A DNA stretch of 64,000 nucleotides from Gemmatales bacterium (lineage in GTDB: Bacteria > Planctomycetota > Planctomycetia > Gemmatales > HRBIN36). Positions 27,858 through 37,666 of this stretch are shown here, piece by piece. The stretch spans positions 151,425 to 215,424 of the forward strand of contig JAXMBC010000001.1 of the NCBI GenBank assembly GCA_046350055.1, read 5' to 3'. The translations under genes and the position numbers were made by a program. The notes beneath the pieces were generated by a model, which had not been told where the DNA came from, searched no databases, and saw only the letters and a program-made list of their open reading frames with translations. The stretch's first letter is position 1, and the number at the start of each line of letters is the position of its first letter.

Positions 27858-29627
27858 TCAGTCGCTTTTCCTTACGAGCTGCGTCTTCCAGAATTGCTCC
27901 AATTCACTTTCATTTGCCTTGCGCTGGACGAGGCCCTTTCCCTTGTCAAGCACGATTGCCATTTTGCCGTTCTGCGAGACAATGCTCCACTTACTTTCCT
28001 TCCAGGGTACCTCCCATAACTGATCAGTGAAAGTCTGCCCGGTCTTCTCGCTAGCCAGCATTGCGTCTGCCCCTTCCATGCCAGCATTGACTGTCAAGTA
28101 CAATCCCGTTTTCGTATTTCGCAATCGCACATAGATTCCAGAAGGCACAACCTCCCAGCGTTGTGTCGGTAAATCTTCGTCTTTCTGCATAAGCAATTTG
28201 CCAGCAGCAGGCGAATCTCCGATGCTGACTGTGAGCGCCTGCCCTGACGAGTCGAGAAATCGCACATACTTGATATCTTCAATGGACTTCAGCGATCCGG
28301 TGCTCCTGGATTGCCCATCCTGTTTTGCAACATCTCCCTTGGATGACCTGGTCACCATGTAGATCACGCCAGCAAAGGTCGCCAGAAGAATCGCACCAAC
28401 TACCAGCCCCATAAGCAGCCGGGAATTCCCAGAGTTCTTTCGACTTTTCTTAAATCGCTTGGGCTTGCTTACGCTTGCACGATTCCTGGGCTGCTCAATA
28501 GGTCCCTGAGGCACTTGCACAACAGGTGCAGGCGCAGCAATGACCTGATCGGGAGGTGGCGAATAGGCAACAACTGTCGGATTGACTGGCGCGGTTGGCC
28601 TGGCTCGCTGCACAGGCGCGGTATGCGGTGCACCGGAATTACGTCGTTTGAATTCGATGCTCTTGAAACCCGTGATGACGTCCTGCATGCTACTCATGCG
28701 CTGGTCGGGATTCACCGCTATCATCTTGCTAACGAGGTCGCTAACCTGCCGTGGAATACTGGGTTTCACCACATGTAATGGCTGTGCTTCTTCAGCTCGT
28801 GGGGGCACTTTTCCAGTCAGAAGTGCGTAGATCGTCGCTCCCAGACAGTAAATGTCACATCGGTGGTCGACTGCAAGATGCTTCTGCTGTTCAGGGGCAC
28901 GATAGTCTTGCAGGTTCAAATGGGCATTGGATGTGGAACTCACAGTGCCGTCATCATCCAGTCGCGAAGTAGACAACCCCATCTCTAGTATTTTAATGTT
29001 GCCTTCTTTGGTCACAAGGAGATTGGAAGGCTTGATATCGCGATGAATAATGCCTTTACTGTGAGCATGCTGCAAAGCGGAAGCAGCCTGAAGGGCGTAA
29101 TTGGCCGCTATGTCAACTGCCAGGGTCAGACCTTTGTCTATACGCTTCTGCAGATCAACGCCATCAACATGCTCCATCACCAGGTAGAGGAGTGTCGAAT
29201 CGTGATTGATGTCGAATAGCTTCACGATATTGGGATGATCCAAAGCAGCGGCAGCCTTACCTTCCTTTTCAAATCGAATGCGCTTGGTCTCATCCTGCGC
29301 CAGCGATGGTGGCAGTACCTTGATAGCTACGGTTCTTTGCAAGGCTGTATGTTCAGCGAGATAGACTTTTCCACTGTTGTTCGAACTGATGAGCTGAAGA
29401 ATCTTGTAAGACCCAACAAAGAATCCCTGATGCTTTCCTCGCAACAGCAGTTCAACCTGATACTTCGTCAACAGTTTTTTCTGAACCAGCAGATTTCCCA
29501 CCTTCTCCGGGTCAATGCTCTGGCCCGAAAGAGATTGCGTCACTTTCCTTAGGTTTTTTTCACTTAATAGCTGGCTTGCCTGGAGTGTGTCCAGGAATTC
29601 CTGTAGAGAACTGACAGAAGTAGACAT
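27858..29627 (-). CDS. Ser/Thr protein kinase with one TM and C-terminal ricin-type (QxW) beta-trefoil-like domain
   Basis: HRDIKPSNLLV, APEQ, TM LLMGLVVGAILLATFAGVIYMV. The C-terminus has three QxW motifs (TQRWEV, DQLWEV, EQFWKT). ATG at 29625-29627; the ORF track uses TTG 29633. Confidence 0.85.
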   Translation of the reverse strand: MSTSVSSLQEFLDTLQASQLLSEKNLRKVTQSLSGQSIDPEKVGNLLVQKKLLTKYQVELLLRGKHQGFFVGSYKILQLISSNNSGKVYLAEHTALQRTVAIKVLPPSLAQDETKRIRFEKEGKAAAALDHPNIVKLFDINHDSTLLYLVMEHVDGVDLQKRIDKGLTLAVDIAANYALQAASALQHAHSKGIIHRDIKPSNLLVTKEGNIKILEMGLSTSRLDDDGTVSSTSNAHLNLQDYRAPEQQKHLAVDHRCDIYCLGATIYALLTGKVPPRAEEAQPLHVVKPSIPRQVSDLVSKMIAVNPDQRMSSMQDVITGFKSIEFKRRNSGAPHTAPVQRARPTAPVNPTVVAYSPPPDQVIAAPAPVVQVPQGPIEQPRNRASVSKPKRFKKSRKNSGNSRLLMGLVVGAILLATFAGVIYMVTRSSKGDVAKQDGQSRSTGSLKSIEDIKYVRFLDSSGQALTVSIGDSPAAGKLLMQKDEDLPTQRWEVVPSGIYVRLRNTKTGLYLTVNAGMEGADAMLASEKTGQTFTDQLWEVPWKESKWSIVSQNGKMAIVLDKGKGLVQRKANESELEQFWKTQLVRKSD

Positions 29628-29923
29628 GATCAATCTGCTTTGTTTTAAGCCTGTGGAAGCATAGCATCACGTTGCGAAACCTTCACACCTAGCAACGCAC
29701 GTGCTTCATGAGCTATGCCATCTAGGAGAAAGTGTACTCGTTCCTCAAGAAACACTTAGCTATAGCTCATGTTCAGTGTAGGGTCAAATGTAAGCTAGAG
29801 TGATCATTACCACACAAATTAAAATATATAATTAAATATTCTGCCTAAACATATCTATTCGTTTAATCATGTTACCAGCTGCACGGACCTCTTGTTATTA
29901 ATGAGAATGACTTGTTGATTGAG

Positions 29924-30007
29924 TGCCGGAGACAGGACTTGAACCTGCACGCGGTTGCCCGCACTAGCCCCTCAAGCTAGCGTGTCTGCCAGTTTCACCA
30001 CTCCGGC
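29924..30007 (-). tRNA. tRNA-Leu (anticodon GAG)
   Basis: GCCGGAG acceptor stem pairs with CTCCGGC. Anticodon stem CTAGC/GCTAG with loop TTGAGGG, long variable arm TGCGGGCAACCGCGTG, T-loop TTCAAGT. CCA is not encoded. Confidence 0.9.
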
Positions 30008-30041
30008 GTGGGGGAGCAACGATTCACTCCTCAGGAAAGCC

Positions 30042-30069
30042 ATTGTAAATGACAGACATCCCAAGGCAA
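30042..30069 (-). promoter_or_regulatory. candidate sigma70-type promoter for tRNA-Leu
   Basis: On the minus strand, TTGCCT (30069-30064), a 16-nt spacer, then TACAAT (30047-42), ~34 nt upstream of the tRNA 5' end. Confidence 0.3.
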
Positions 30070-30203
30070 GGGTTCACCTCTGAATGTGAGACCTTCGTCT
30101 GCACGAAGTCCCCCTTGTAACGCATGCAAATTGCTTGACACCCGGATTCATATCATGACAATGGGAGGTCGATTGCCTCCGCAATTCCACGAAAGGTTAC
30201 TCC

Positions 30204-31274
30204 ATGCACGAATCGCTCGCCTCGTCAATTCTTCTGGCTCAGGCCACGTTAGATAAGTCAACCATCATTGGGTATGTCGGCCTGGCAGTGGTGGCGTTGA
30301 TTGCCCTGGTTTTCATCCTCCTCTTCTTCAAGTTTTTCAACTTGTGGATCCAGGCCTGGTTGACAGGGGCCAATATCAGCATTCCCACTCTCGTTGGAAT
30401 GATGTTGCGTAAAGTCAACTACGGAATGATCGTGCAGCAGAAGATTGCCCTCACCCAGGCTGGCGTACGAGTGGAAAACCGCGACCTCGAATCACACTAC
30501 CTGGCTCGTGGCAATGTACCCAAGACAGCAGCTGCGGTTATCGCTGCTTATAAAGCAGGCATCATGCTTCCCTGGAAAGATGCAGCTGCCATCGATCTCG
30601 CAGGGCGCGATGTTTACGATGCTGTGCGAACCAGTGTGAATCCCAAAGTCATCGATTGTCCCGATCCCACCAAGGGTGCACGTACACTTGATGCTGTTGC
30701 CAAGAATGGTATTCAGCTCAAGGTGAAGGCCCGCGTGACGGTACAGACCAAGCTTGAACGACTGGTCGGTGGTGCGACAGAAGAAACCATCATCGCCCGC
30801 GTTGGTCAGGGTATTGTTTCTGCGATTGGCTCTGCCGACGATCATAAGGCCGTGCTGGCAAACCCCAGTATCATCTCCCGCGAAGTGCTCGATAAGGGCC
30901 TTGATGCAGCCACTGCGTTCCACATTGTCTCCATCGATATTGCTGACGTCGAAGTGGGCGAAAATGTGGGTGCCAATCTGCAAGCTGCTCAGGCACAGGC
31001 AGATTTGAAGGTCGCCCAGGCCAAGGCCGAGGAACGGCGAGCCTCTGCAGTGGCCAGTGAACAGGAAATGCGTGCACGCGTGGAAGAGAACCGTGCCAAG
31101 GTTGTTGAAGCTGAATCGCAGGTTCCCCAGGCCATCGCCTCCGCCATCCGTGAAGGAAAAATGGGGGTGATGGACTTCTATAACATGCGGAATCTCATCA
31201 GCGACACCGAAATGCGTTCTTCCATTGCAGGCACGGGTACAGGTGGTACTCAGCAACGTTCAAACATTACTTAA
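30204..31274 (+). CDS. floA: flotillin-like protein FloA (YqfA/UPF0365 family)
   Basis: Near-colinear similarity to B. subtilis FloA: ..[11 protein letters not shown].., [64 protein letters not shown]. Confidence 0.9.
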   Translation: MHESLASSILLAQATLDKSTIIGYVGLAVVALIALVFILLFFKFFNLWIQAWLTGANISIPTLVGMMLRKVNYGMIVQQKIALTQAGVRVENRDLESHYLARGNVPKTAAAVIAAYKAGIMLPWKDAAAIDLAGRDVYDAVRTSVNPKVIDCPDPTKGARTLDAVAKNGIQLKVKARVTVQTKLERLVGGATEETIIARVGQGIVSAIGSADDHKAVLANPSIISREVLDKGLDAATAFHIVSIDIADVEVGENVGANLQAAQAQADLKVAQAKAEERRASAVASEQEMRARVEENRAKVVEAESQVPQAIASAIREGKMGVMDFYNMRNLISDTEMRSSIAGTGTGGTQQRSNIT

Positions 31275-31334
31275 CGTTAGCTGAAGTTGACCCGTCATCT
31301 GGTGATTCTGCCTGAGCATTGGTGCTGAGGCAGC

Positions 31335-31781
31335 ATGAGTTCGGAGTTACTGATGGCCAAAGCACGCCCTTCCTCCACCGATATTGATCGCTTCCTGGAG
31401 GAGGTGAATCGTCGCAAACAACAGCAGGCGCGCCAAAGCGCGCCTCCTCCGCAACCCATTCAGCGGACAGCTCCGAAGCCAGCGAATACACCTCCGCCAC
31501 AGCCCAAGATGGCGAAGGTGCAGCAAAAGCAGGTCATGACGTCAGAGCCAGTCATTCGGGCGGTGGTTCTGGAATCTTCACCAGAGCCGGTTATTTCACG
31601 TGATTATGCAACCAAGACAACTTTTCAGCCACCGACACCGCAGGCTATGCCACGCACCACGGAATCAGGTGCCGTGCATCAGGTGAAGAGCATGTTGAAA
31701 TCCAAAGAGGGGCTGCGAGCCATGTTTGTCATGAACGAGATACTCAGCCCACCTCTGAGCCGCAGGCCGAGAAGCCGATAG
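31335..31781 (+). CDS. hypothetical Pro/Gln-rich protein
   Basis: 148-aa ORF, 60 nt downstream of floA on the same strand. Low-complexity PPPQP region, no recognised domain. Confidence 0.4.
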   Translation: MSSELLMAKARPSSTDIDRFLEEVNRRKQQQARQSAPPPQPIQRTAPKPANTPPPQPKMAKVQQKQVMTSEPVIRAVVLESSPEPVISRDYATKTTFQPPTPQAMPRTTESGAVHQVKSMLKSKEGLRAMFVMNEILSPPLSRRPRSR

Positions 31782-31812
31782 TTTTCCAACCTACTTTATA
31801 CGATGTCTGACC

Positions 31813-32574
31813 ATGCCTACAGCACTTTGCTTGATGGCCCATCCGGATGATTGCGAATTCTTTGCCGCCGGAACACTAGCACTCCTGGCACAACGGGGAT
31901 GGGAAATCCATATTGCCAGCAGCACTCCAGGCGATGGAGGGAGTGCTACTCATAACCCCATTGAAATTGCCCGCATACGTCGCGAAGAGAATCGACAGTC
32001 TGCAGCACTGATTGGAGCGACGTACCACTGTCTGGAACTGCGCGATCTTCATGTTACATTCGATGCCGATTCGATTCGCCGTGCAGTCGCGCTGGTTCGG
32101 GCTGTGAACCCCACCCTGCTGATCACGCACAGTCAGCAGGATTACATGCTTGATCATGAGGTTTCTGCCCAACTGGCTCGTACCGCCAGTAATGGCTTCA
32201 TTGTACCCAATTGCGGCAATGGTCCTGTTGCTCCTGGAGCCAGGATTCCTCATCTGTATTATGCTGACCCCGTGGGAATCGTAGACCATGATGGCCGGAC
32301 ACCACCAACCAGCGTGGTAGTGGATATCAGCCCTGTCTACGAACTCAAGATGCAAATGCTTTGTGCCCATGCCTCCCAGCGTGCCTGGCTGCAGGCACAT
32401 TATGGTATGGACGAATATACCCGCATGCTGGATGAATGGTCCTGCAAACGTGGTAAGACAGTTGGAATTACCCGTGGCGAAGGATTCCGCCAGCATCGTG
32501 GATTTGGGTATCCACAACACTGCATATTGCAGGAAGTGCTGGGCACCCTGACAACAAACACTCCCATCGCCTGA
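31813..32574 (+). CDS. PIG-L/LmbE-family deacetylase
   Basis: CLMAHPDDCEFFAAGTLALL.. (AHPDD motif), later HSQQDYMLDH. Confidence 0.8.
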   Translation: MPTALCLMAHPDDCEFFAAGTLALLAQRGWEIHIASSTPGDGGSATHNPIEIARIRREENRQSAALIGATYHCLELRDLHVTFDADSIRRAVALVRAVNPTLLITHSQQDYMLDHEVSAQLARTASNGFIVPNCGNGPVAPGARIPHLYYADPVGIVDHDGRTPPTSVVVDISPVYELKMQMLCAHASQRAWLQAHYGMDEYTRMLDEWSCKRGKTVGITRGEGFRQHRGFGYPQHCILQEVLGTLTTNTPIA

Positions 32575-32848
32575 CGCTACAGTTGCATTACTTGAGCGAA
32601 ACTTTCCATTATTCTTGAAGTTGATGTCAAAGCCCTCGTGCTTCATGCTTCGCTGCACGCAATCGTCTTAGCTCCTACACCGCGTGCTACTGGCGCGGCA
32701 GGCATCCTGATCAACATTTCTTCGAGAACTTGCACACGCTTCGCTGGCCTTTTTCGAGCCGTTAGGACGAAAAACACTTTGTTCACCCAAGGCACGCGGC
32801 TGCGTGCATCGTCGCCACACGACGCTTGTTGCCAGGAGGGCATATAAC

Positions 32849-34168
32849 ATGGTTCGCACTTCTCTCAGCACCCGGCTGATTCGCAATGTCCTGCTAGGCT
32901 CGGCCACGCTTGGCTTGAGCCTGGTGTCCATCTCCGCTCAAGATAAGAAGCCAGCTGCGCCTGCAACTCTGCAGACGACCCCTGCTGCTGCTAAATTGGT
33001 GCTCACGCTGGATGACGCCATTAATCATGCTCTGCAAAAGCAGCCCGCCATTCGCGCTGCTCAGCTGTCCTATGAATCATCAGTCTCCGCCAAGAGTGTG
33101 GCAGACAGCTTCCTTGTAGGCCTGGTACCAGAAGGCCGCATCCGCCGCCAGCAGGCTGCTTCGGGTCTCTCCGCCGCTGCCGCCAGTGTGCAGCAGGCTG
33201 AAATGGAAACCAAGAACGCTGTCAACCGCACCTACATCAGTGTCCTGTTCGCTCGCGAGCAGCACAAACTGGCTCAAGATGCTGTTGAAACACTCAAGGC
33301 TACCTACAAGGTTGCCAAGCAATTACTCGATTCCGGAGAAGCCAAAAACGTCACCAAGGATGATTTGGACAAGCTGGACATCTACGTCAAACTCGCCGAA
33401 AGCAAGGTTGGCGAGGCCAGCGTCGGTATGATCCGTGCCAAGGCAGCTCTTCGTGAAGCAATTGGCCTGGAATACAACACTGAGTTTGAAGTCGATGGTG
33501 GCAAACTGACGCGTTACTACGATACGGCTCAGGAATTCACCAAAAACCAGAAAATTCGGTTATGTTGTAACACCGCAGCAGAATTCGCTGTCCGCTATCG
33601 TCCCGAATTGGCTCAGGCTTCCATCCTGGCTGACGTGACTTGTCTCGAAGCTCAGGCTCAGAAGGCGAACATCCTGCACTTCTATAGCCGTACATTCGCT
33701 GCTTCTACCGACATTCATGCAAAGGTGCTGCCCGCCGGCATCATCAACGGCGATTATCGCCCAGGCCCTGTCGGTCCGGAAATGCCAAGCTATCTGATCG
33801 GCTCCGCCAGCAAGCGACATGAACGGGCATCGATCCTCTACAACCGAGCTTTGGCAGTAGTAGATAAGGCTCGTGGCCTGGTGGCACTTGAAGCCGAAGA
33901 AGGCTGTGCCAAGTTCAATCGGGCATCTGAACAGATTGAACTGCAGAAGATCGCCACTCAGAAATCGGGCGACCTCTACAAGAATGCAGAAAAGTACTTC
34001 CGTCAGGATCAGCTGAAGACTGATGCCCTGCTGACTGCATATGCTCTGGACGTCAAGAACAAGTCTGACCTCAACGAAGCGTACTACATGTTTGGTATGA
34101 CCCTGGCATATCTGCAGAGGGCAACGGCAGGCCACCTTTGGGAGTGCTTCATTTCAGAGAACAAGTAA
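32849..34168 (+). CDS. TolC-like outer-membrane efflux protein
   Basis: Signal peptide from ATG 32849 (aggaggg 9-15 nt upstream). LTLDDAINHALQKQPAIRAAQ.. is a typical OEP N-terminus; long coiled-coil-like repeats. Confidence 0.6.
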   Translation: MVRTSLSTRLIRNVLLGSATLGLSLVSISAQDKKPAAPATLQTTPAAAKLVLTLDDAINHALQKQPAIRAAQLSYESSVSAKSVADSFLVGLVPEGRIRRQQAASGLSAAAASVQQAEMETKNAVNRTYISVLFAREQHKLAQDAVETLKATYKVAKQLLDSGEAKNVTKDDLDKLDIYVKLAESKVGEASVGMIRAKAALREAIGLEYNTEFEVDGGKLTRYYDTAQEFTKNQKIRLCCNTAAEFAVRYRPELAQASILADVTCLEAQAQKANILHFYSRTFAASTDIHAKVLPAGIINGDYRPGPVGPEMPSYLIGSASKRHERASILYNRALAVVDKARGLVALEAEEGCAKFNRASEQIELQKIATQKSGDLYKNAEKYFRQDQLKTDALLTAYALDVKNKSDLNEAYYMFGMTLAYLQRATAGHLWECFISENK

Positions 34169-34223
34169 CGAACGTTCCACTTGTGCCACATGAAATGTCG
34201 CCAGAAAGGCAAGAACTCGATGG

Positions 34224-34252
34224 CCACCGGCTAGGGATTCCCTAACCGGTGG
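34224..34252 (+). terminator. GC-rich hairpin after the TolC-like gene (no U-tract)
   Basis: ccaccggctaggg-att-ccctaaccggtgg, 12 of 13 positions paired. Confidence 0.35.
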
Positions 34253-34328
34253 TAGACTTCACGTGTCTCCCCCTTCTTGCCCCCGGCAGCACTCCCCTCC
34301 CCACGACCCACTGTTTCTCGCGAGCACC

Positions 34329-35234
34329 ATGATGCACCATCGGCGTAGCTTTGTCTTTCTGCTTCTCCCCTTCGCGGCCACGCTTCTCCTGGCAGGCGAA
34401 ACCCCGGTCAAGTCATTCCACATCACCATTTCTGATTCGGTGATCCGTGGCCAAACTACCCCTGCCGCTGCCATGATTCAGATGCAGCCGCTTTCCGAGT
34501 TGTTTGCCATTATGGGTGGAGTCAAGCCTCGGTTCAGTTTTGACTCTGCAGAAACCCTGGCTGCAGATCTACAGTCTGGCAAGGCCCAACTAGGCATCAT
34601 TTCCGGTATCGAACTGGGATGGCTCGGCGACAAGGCCAATGGGTTGACTCCCCTGGCAATTGCCTACACTTCAGACATCAAACTGAAGGCTTACGTGCTG
34701 GCTCGCAAGGATAATCGCTCCTTATCTCTTCGTGATATGAAGGGAAAGAAACTGTCAATGCCTCGCCGCACTCAGCAACATACCCAGATCTTTCTGCATG
34801 ATACGCTGACCCGAACTGGCAATTCGCCACAAGGATTTTTTGCTGCTTCCTCTACTCCTCCTGATACAGATGCTGCCATCGAAGCTGTATTAGACAAGGA
34901 AATGGACATTGTCGTTATCGATGGGCAATCATGGGACGTCTATCAGGAACGTAAGCCAGGGCGTGCCAAGAAACTGATGGTAATCGCAGAATCTCCCAAC
35001 TTCCCCACTGCAGCTCTGGTCTATAAGCCAGGCAACATCCCCGAAGTTGAACTGAAGAAGCTGCGCGATGGCCTGTACTCAGCCCATACCCAGCCCTTCT
35101 GCCGTCAGATCCTCAATTTCTGGCGCATCAGCCAGTTCATTCCCTCTACGCCTGAGTACGACATGTTGGTCAAGAACATCGTCAAGGATTTCCCTCAGCC
35201 GATTATTCCCGCCAATTTCACTCAATCCAAATAG
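34329..35234 (+). CDS. PhnD/SsuA-like periplasmic substrate-binding protein
   Basis: Signal peptide MMHHRRSFVFLLLPFAATLLLAG from ATG 34329. General type-2 SBP-like pattern; family assignment tentative. Confidence 0.5.
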   Translation: MMHHRRSFVFLLLPFAATLLLAGETPVKSFHITISDSVIRGQTTPAAAMIQMQPLSELFAIMGGVKPRFSFDSAETLAADLQSGKAQLGIISGIELGWLGDKANGLTPLAIAYTSDIKLKAYVLARKDNRSLSLRDMKGKKLSMPRRTQQHTQIFLHDTLTRTGNSPQGFFAASSTPPDTDAAIEAVLDKEMDIVVIDGQSWDVYQERKPGRAKKLMVIAESPNFPTAALVYKPGNIPEVELKKLRDGLYSAHTQPFCRQILNFWRISQFIPSTPEYDMLVKNIVKDFPQPIIPANFTQSK

Positions 35235-35263
35235 CAACCAGGATTGACACCTTGATCAGCCAG

Positions 35264-35287
35264 GCCGACCGAGACAACTCGGTCGGC
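35264..35287 (+). terminator. intrinsic terminator-like hairpin
   Basis: gccgaccgag-acaa-ctcggtcggc followed by ttggcgtttat. Confidence 0.55.
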
Positions 35288-35323
35288 TTGGCGTTTATAT
35301 CGTGTCGCAACTAAACTGAACTC

Positions 35324-35842
35324 ATGATGTACTTCGATACAAGTGAATTGCCGATGACGGCGTTGCAGGACCCTCGGCATCCGTTCCATCTCTATCACAT
35401 GGAAATGGCACTGGAAGAGGCAGCGATAGCTGTGGAAGAAGATGAGGTGCCAGTAGGAGCAGTGATCGTCTCACTCGACCGAGGCATCCTGGCGAAAGCA
35501 CACAATCAGCGAGAGCAACTTAACGATCCAACTGCTCATGCTGAAATGATTGCCTTGACGCAGGCCGCGAATGCCTTGCGACATTGGCGTCTCCTCAACT
35601 GTATCCTGTATGTAACACTGGAGCCATGTCCGATGTGTGCCGGAGCAGTCGTGCAGGCACGACTGCCGATGCTGGTTTATGGTGCCAAGGACGCCAAAGC
35701 TGGTGCATGCCATTCGCTGTACGAGATAACGAATGATGCCCGGCTCAATCATCGAGTAGAAGTTGTGGCAGGTGTGGAATCAGAACGGTGTGGCGGAATT
35801 CTTACCGAGTTCTTCAAGAAAAAACGACAGAAGCTGAACTGA
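35324..35842 (+). CDS. tadA: tRNA adenosine(34) deaminase
   Basis: [27 protein letters not shown] (CDA zinc motifs). The exact start among several N-terminal Met codons is uncertain. Confidence 0.9.
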   Translation: MMYFDTSELPMTALQDPRHPFHLYHMEMALEEAAIAVEEDEVPVGAVIVSLDRGILAKAHNQREQLNDPTAHAEMIALTQAANALRHWRLLNCILYVTLEPCPMCAGAVVQARLPMLVYGAKDAKAGACHSLYEITNDARLNHRVEVVAGVESERCGGILTEFFKKKRQKLN

Positions 35843-35923
35843 TGCAGGAAGCACTCAATGGAGTTGCAGTAAGTACGTCAATCGTTTGACAGTTTCAGCA
35901 AAACGCCGTCCATGCTTTCATGT

Positions 35924-36457
35924 CTAATTCCGAACAGTACGTTGCGCGACTCGCTTGCCGACTTTAGCACTACTGAGTGGCTTCAGTGATACTTCTTCCG
36001 TTGGCAGCTTAACTGATCGACGACAACGAGGGCACAATGACATTGTGCCGGCCTTCTCAATACGGAATCGTATCTTCTGCTGGCAATGCAGGCAACGGGC
36101 ATGCATGTGAGTAACTTCTTCTTCACCACGCCACCAGGTCAGCAGTTGTTTTACGATCATGATTCGGTTCCTCGTTACCGTACCTACTAGACGACTGACA
36201 TCAAAGTTTCGATTGTGGTTCTGAGTAGATTCAACCCCAGCACGTTCACCTAGTCTTGCAATACTCAGAAAGGTCTCACAGGCGGACTTGTTGTCTACCA
36301 AGGCTTCGTAAACCTGTCGAGCCAATTTAACCAAAGCCACCTTAAATGCTGATGATATACCCATGAAAGATGCATGATAATCTAGTTCGGCGGGAGAAGT
36401 GAGCCAAGTCAGGCGGAGTTGGCTATACAGGTAATTACAAACTCTTCCTATCTGCAC
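35924..36457 (-). CDS. hypothetical protein with C-terminal CxxC..CxxC zinc-ribbon; start uncertain
   Basis: ..CLHCQQKIRFRIEKAGTMSLCPRCRR.. The longest ORF ends 5 nt from the divergent ADH start, so a shorter product (Met at ~36160 or ~36106) is more plausible. Confidence 0.3.
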   Translation of the reverse strand: MQIGRVCNYLYSQLRLTWLTSPAELDYHASFMGISSAFKVALVKLARQVYEALVDNKSACETFLSIARLGERAGVESTQNHNRNFDVSRLVGTVTRNRIMIVKQLLTWWRGEEEVTHMHARCLHCQQKIRFRIEKAGTMSLCPRCRRSVKLPTEEVSLKPLSSAKVGKRVAQRTVRN

Positions 36458-36462
36458 GCAGG

Positions 36463-37587
36463 ATGGTCACCATGCCTGAGACCGGATTTGTCGCCGCTAT
36501 GACAGGGGTGCGTCAGCCGTTTAAATTAATGGAGTATCCAGTCCCGGAGCCGGAACCGGGAGCAATTCTGGTTAAGGTGACGCAGGCCAATATCTGTGGT
36601 AGTGACCTGCACCTCTGGCGAGGCGAGTACATTCCCAGTGATACGGGTCGCAGCAATTTCCGAAGCGTAGGCCACGAGATGTGCGGGCAGGTGGCCAGGC
36701 TGGGCGAGGGCGTGACTGCCGATTCCACCGGTCAGCCGTTAAATGTGGGCGATCGTATTGCCTACCGGTATTTTGTGGCGTGTGGACGGTGTCGGGCATG
36801 CCTGCGAGGTTTCACGCCTCGCTGCCCCCATGGGATGCGATTCCGCCATCCACCCGACGTCTGGCCTCACTTCAATGCAGCCTACGGGCAGTACTACTAC
36901 CTCCGCCCCGGACAGGTAGTGTTCAAGATTCCCGATGGTGTACCCGATGACCTCGCCGCTCCTGCCAATTGCGCACTGGCCCAGGTGGTGTACAGTTTCT
37001 ATCTCGCCAAAGTAGGAGTCGGCGATCATGTGGTGGTGCAAGGTGCGGGTGGTCTCGGCGTATTGGCGGCAGCGGTCGCCAAGGAGCGTGGGGCAGCCAG
37101 TGTAACGGTGATCGATTCGCTCGATGACCGCCTGGCCCTGGCGAAGGAGTTCGGTGCAGATCATCTCATCGACATGAAGCAGTACAAGACATCCGAAGCC
37201 CGCATCGCCCAGTCGAAAAAACTGACCGATGGCTGGGGCGCTGATGTCGTACTCGAAGTGGTGGGTAAGGCCAATGCCGTTCCGGAAGGTGTCGAGATGC
37301 TCGGCAACGGAGGGACCTATGCCCTGGTCGGCTGCATCTGTGCCGGTGACGTTTGCAGCTTTGATCCGGCGGGACTGGTGCTACCCGGAAAGAATGTACT
37401 GGGCATCATGTGGTACGATGCACCGAGCCTGCTCTTCTCGCTGCAGTTCCTGGCACAGCACAAGAACAAATATCCTTTCCACAAGCTGGTCTCACACCGG
37501 TACCCGCTCAGTGCGATCAACGAAGCGATGGCGGCACAGGATGCTGGGAAAGCACAGCGTTCAGCACTGCTGCCATGGGCAACGTAG
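36463..37587 (+). CDS. zinc-dependent medium-chain alcohol dehydrogenase family protein
   Basis: ICGSDLHLWRG, GHEMCGQVARLGEGV, structural-zinc CGRCRACLRGFTPRC, NAD fold VVVQGAGGLG. Confidence 0.85.
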   Translation: MVTMPETGFVAAMTGVRQPFKLMEYPVPEPEPGAILVKVTQANICGSDLHLWRGEYIPSDTGRSNFRSVGHEMCGQVARLGEGVTADSTGQPLNVGDRIAYRYFVACGRCRACLRGFTPRCPHGMRFRHPPDVWPHFNAAYGQYYYLRPGQVVFKIPDGVPDDLAAPANCALAQVVYSFYLAKVGVGDHVVVQGAGGLGVLAAAVAKERGAASVTVIDSLDDRLALAKEFGADHLIDMKQYKTSEARIAQSKKLTDGWGADVVLEVVGKANAVPEGVEMLGNGGTYALVGCICAGDVCSFDPAGLVLPGKNVLGIMWYDAPSLLFSLQFLAQHKNKYPFHKLVSHRYPLSAINEAMAAQDAGKAQRSALLPWAT

Positions 37588-37598
37588 GCATAAATGCA

Positions 37599-37620
37599 CA
37601 TGACCCCTTACGGGGTCATG
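37599..37620. terminator. hairpin between convergent genes
   Basis: catgacccc-ttac-ggggtcatg, a perfect 9-bp stem. Confidence 0.5.
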
Positions 37621-37666
37621 AATTGAATGGACTTCTGGTCACCGCAATCGAACCTGGCGGCAGCTA

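Noticed and set aside
29634-30007. Genomic island or prophage integrated at tRNA-Leu.
   Set aside because: No integrase, phage or conjugation genes are present, and I could find no duplicated tRNA 3' end in the window. Only compositional hints exist, so it is kept as a low-interest finding.
32575-32848. 274-nt non-coding gap upstream of the TolC-like gene, examined for a known ncRNA (6S, RNase P, tmRNA, riboswitch).
   Set aside because: It holds only small generic hairpins (gcacgc-ggct-gcgtgc, ccgcg..cgcgg). No conserved core motifs of those RNAs were recognisable.
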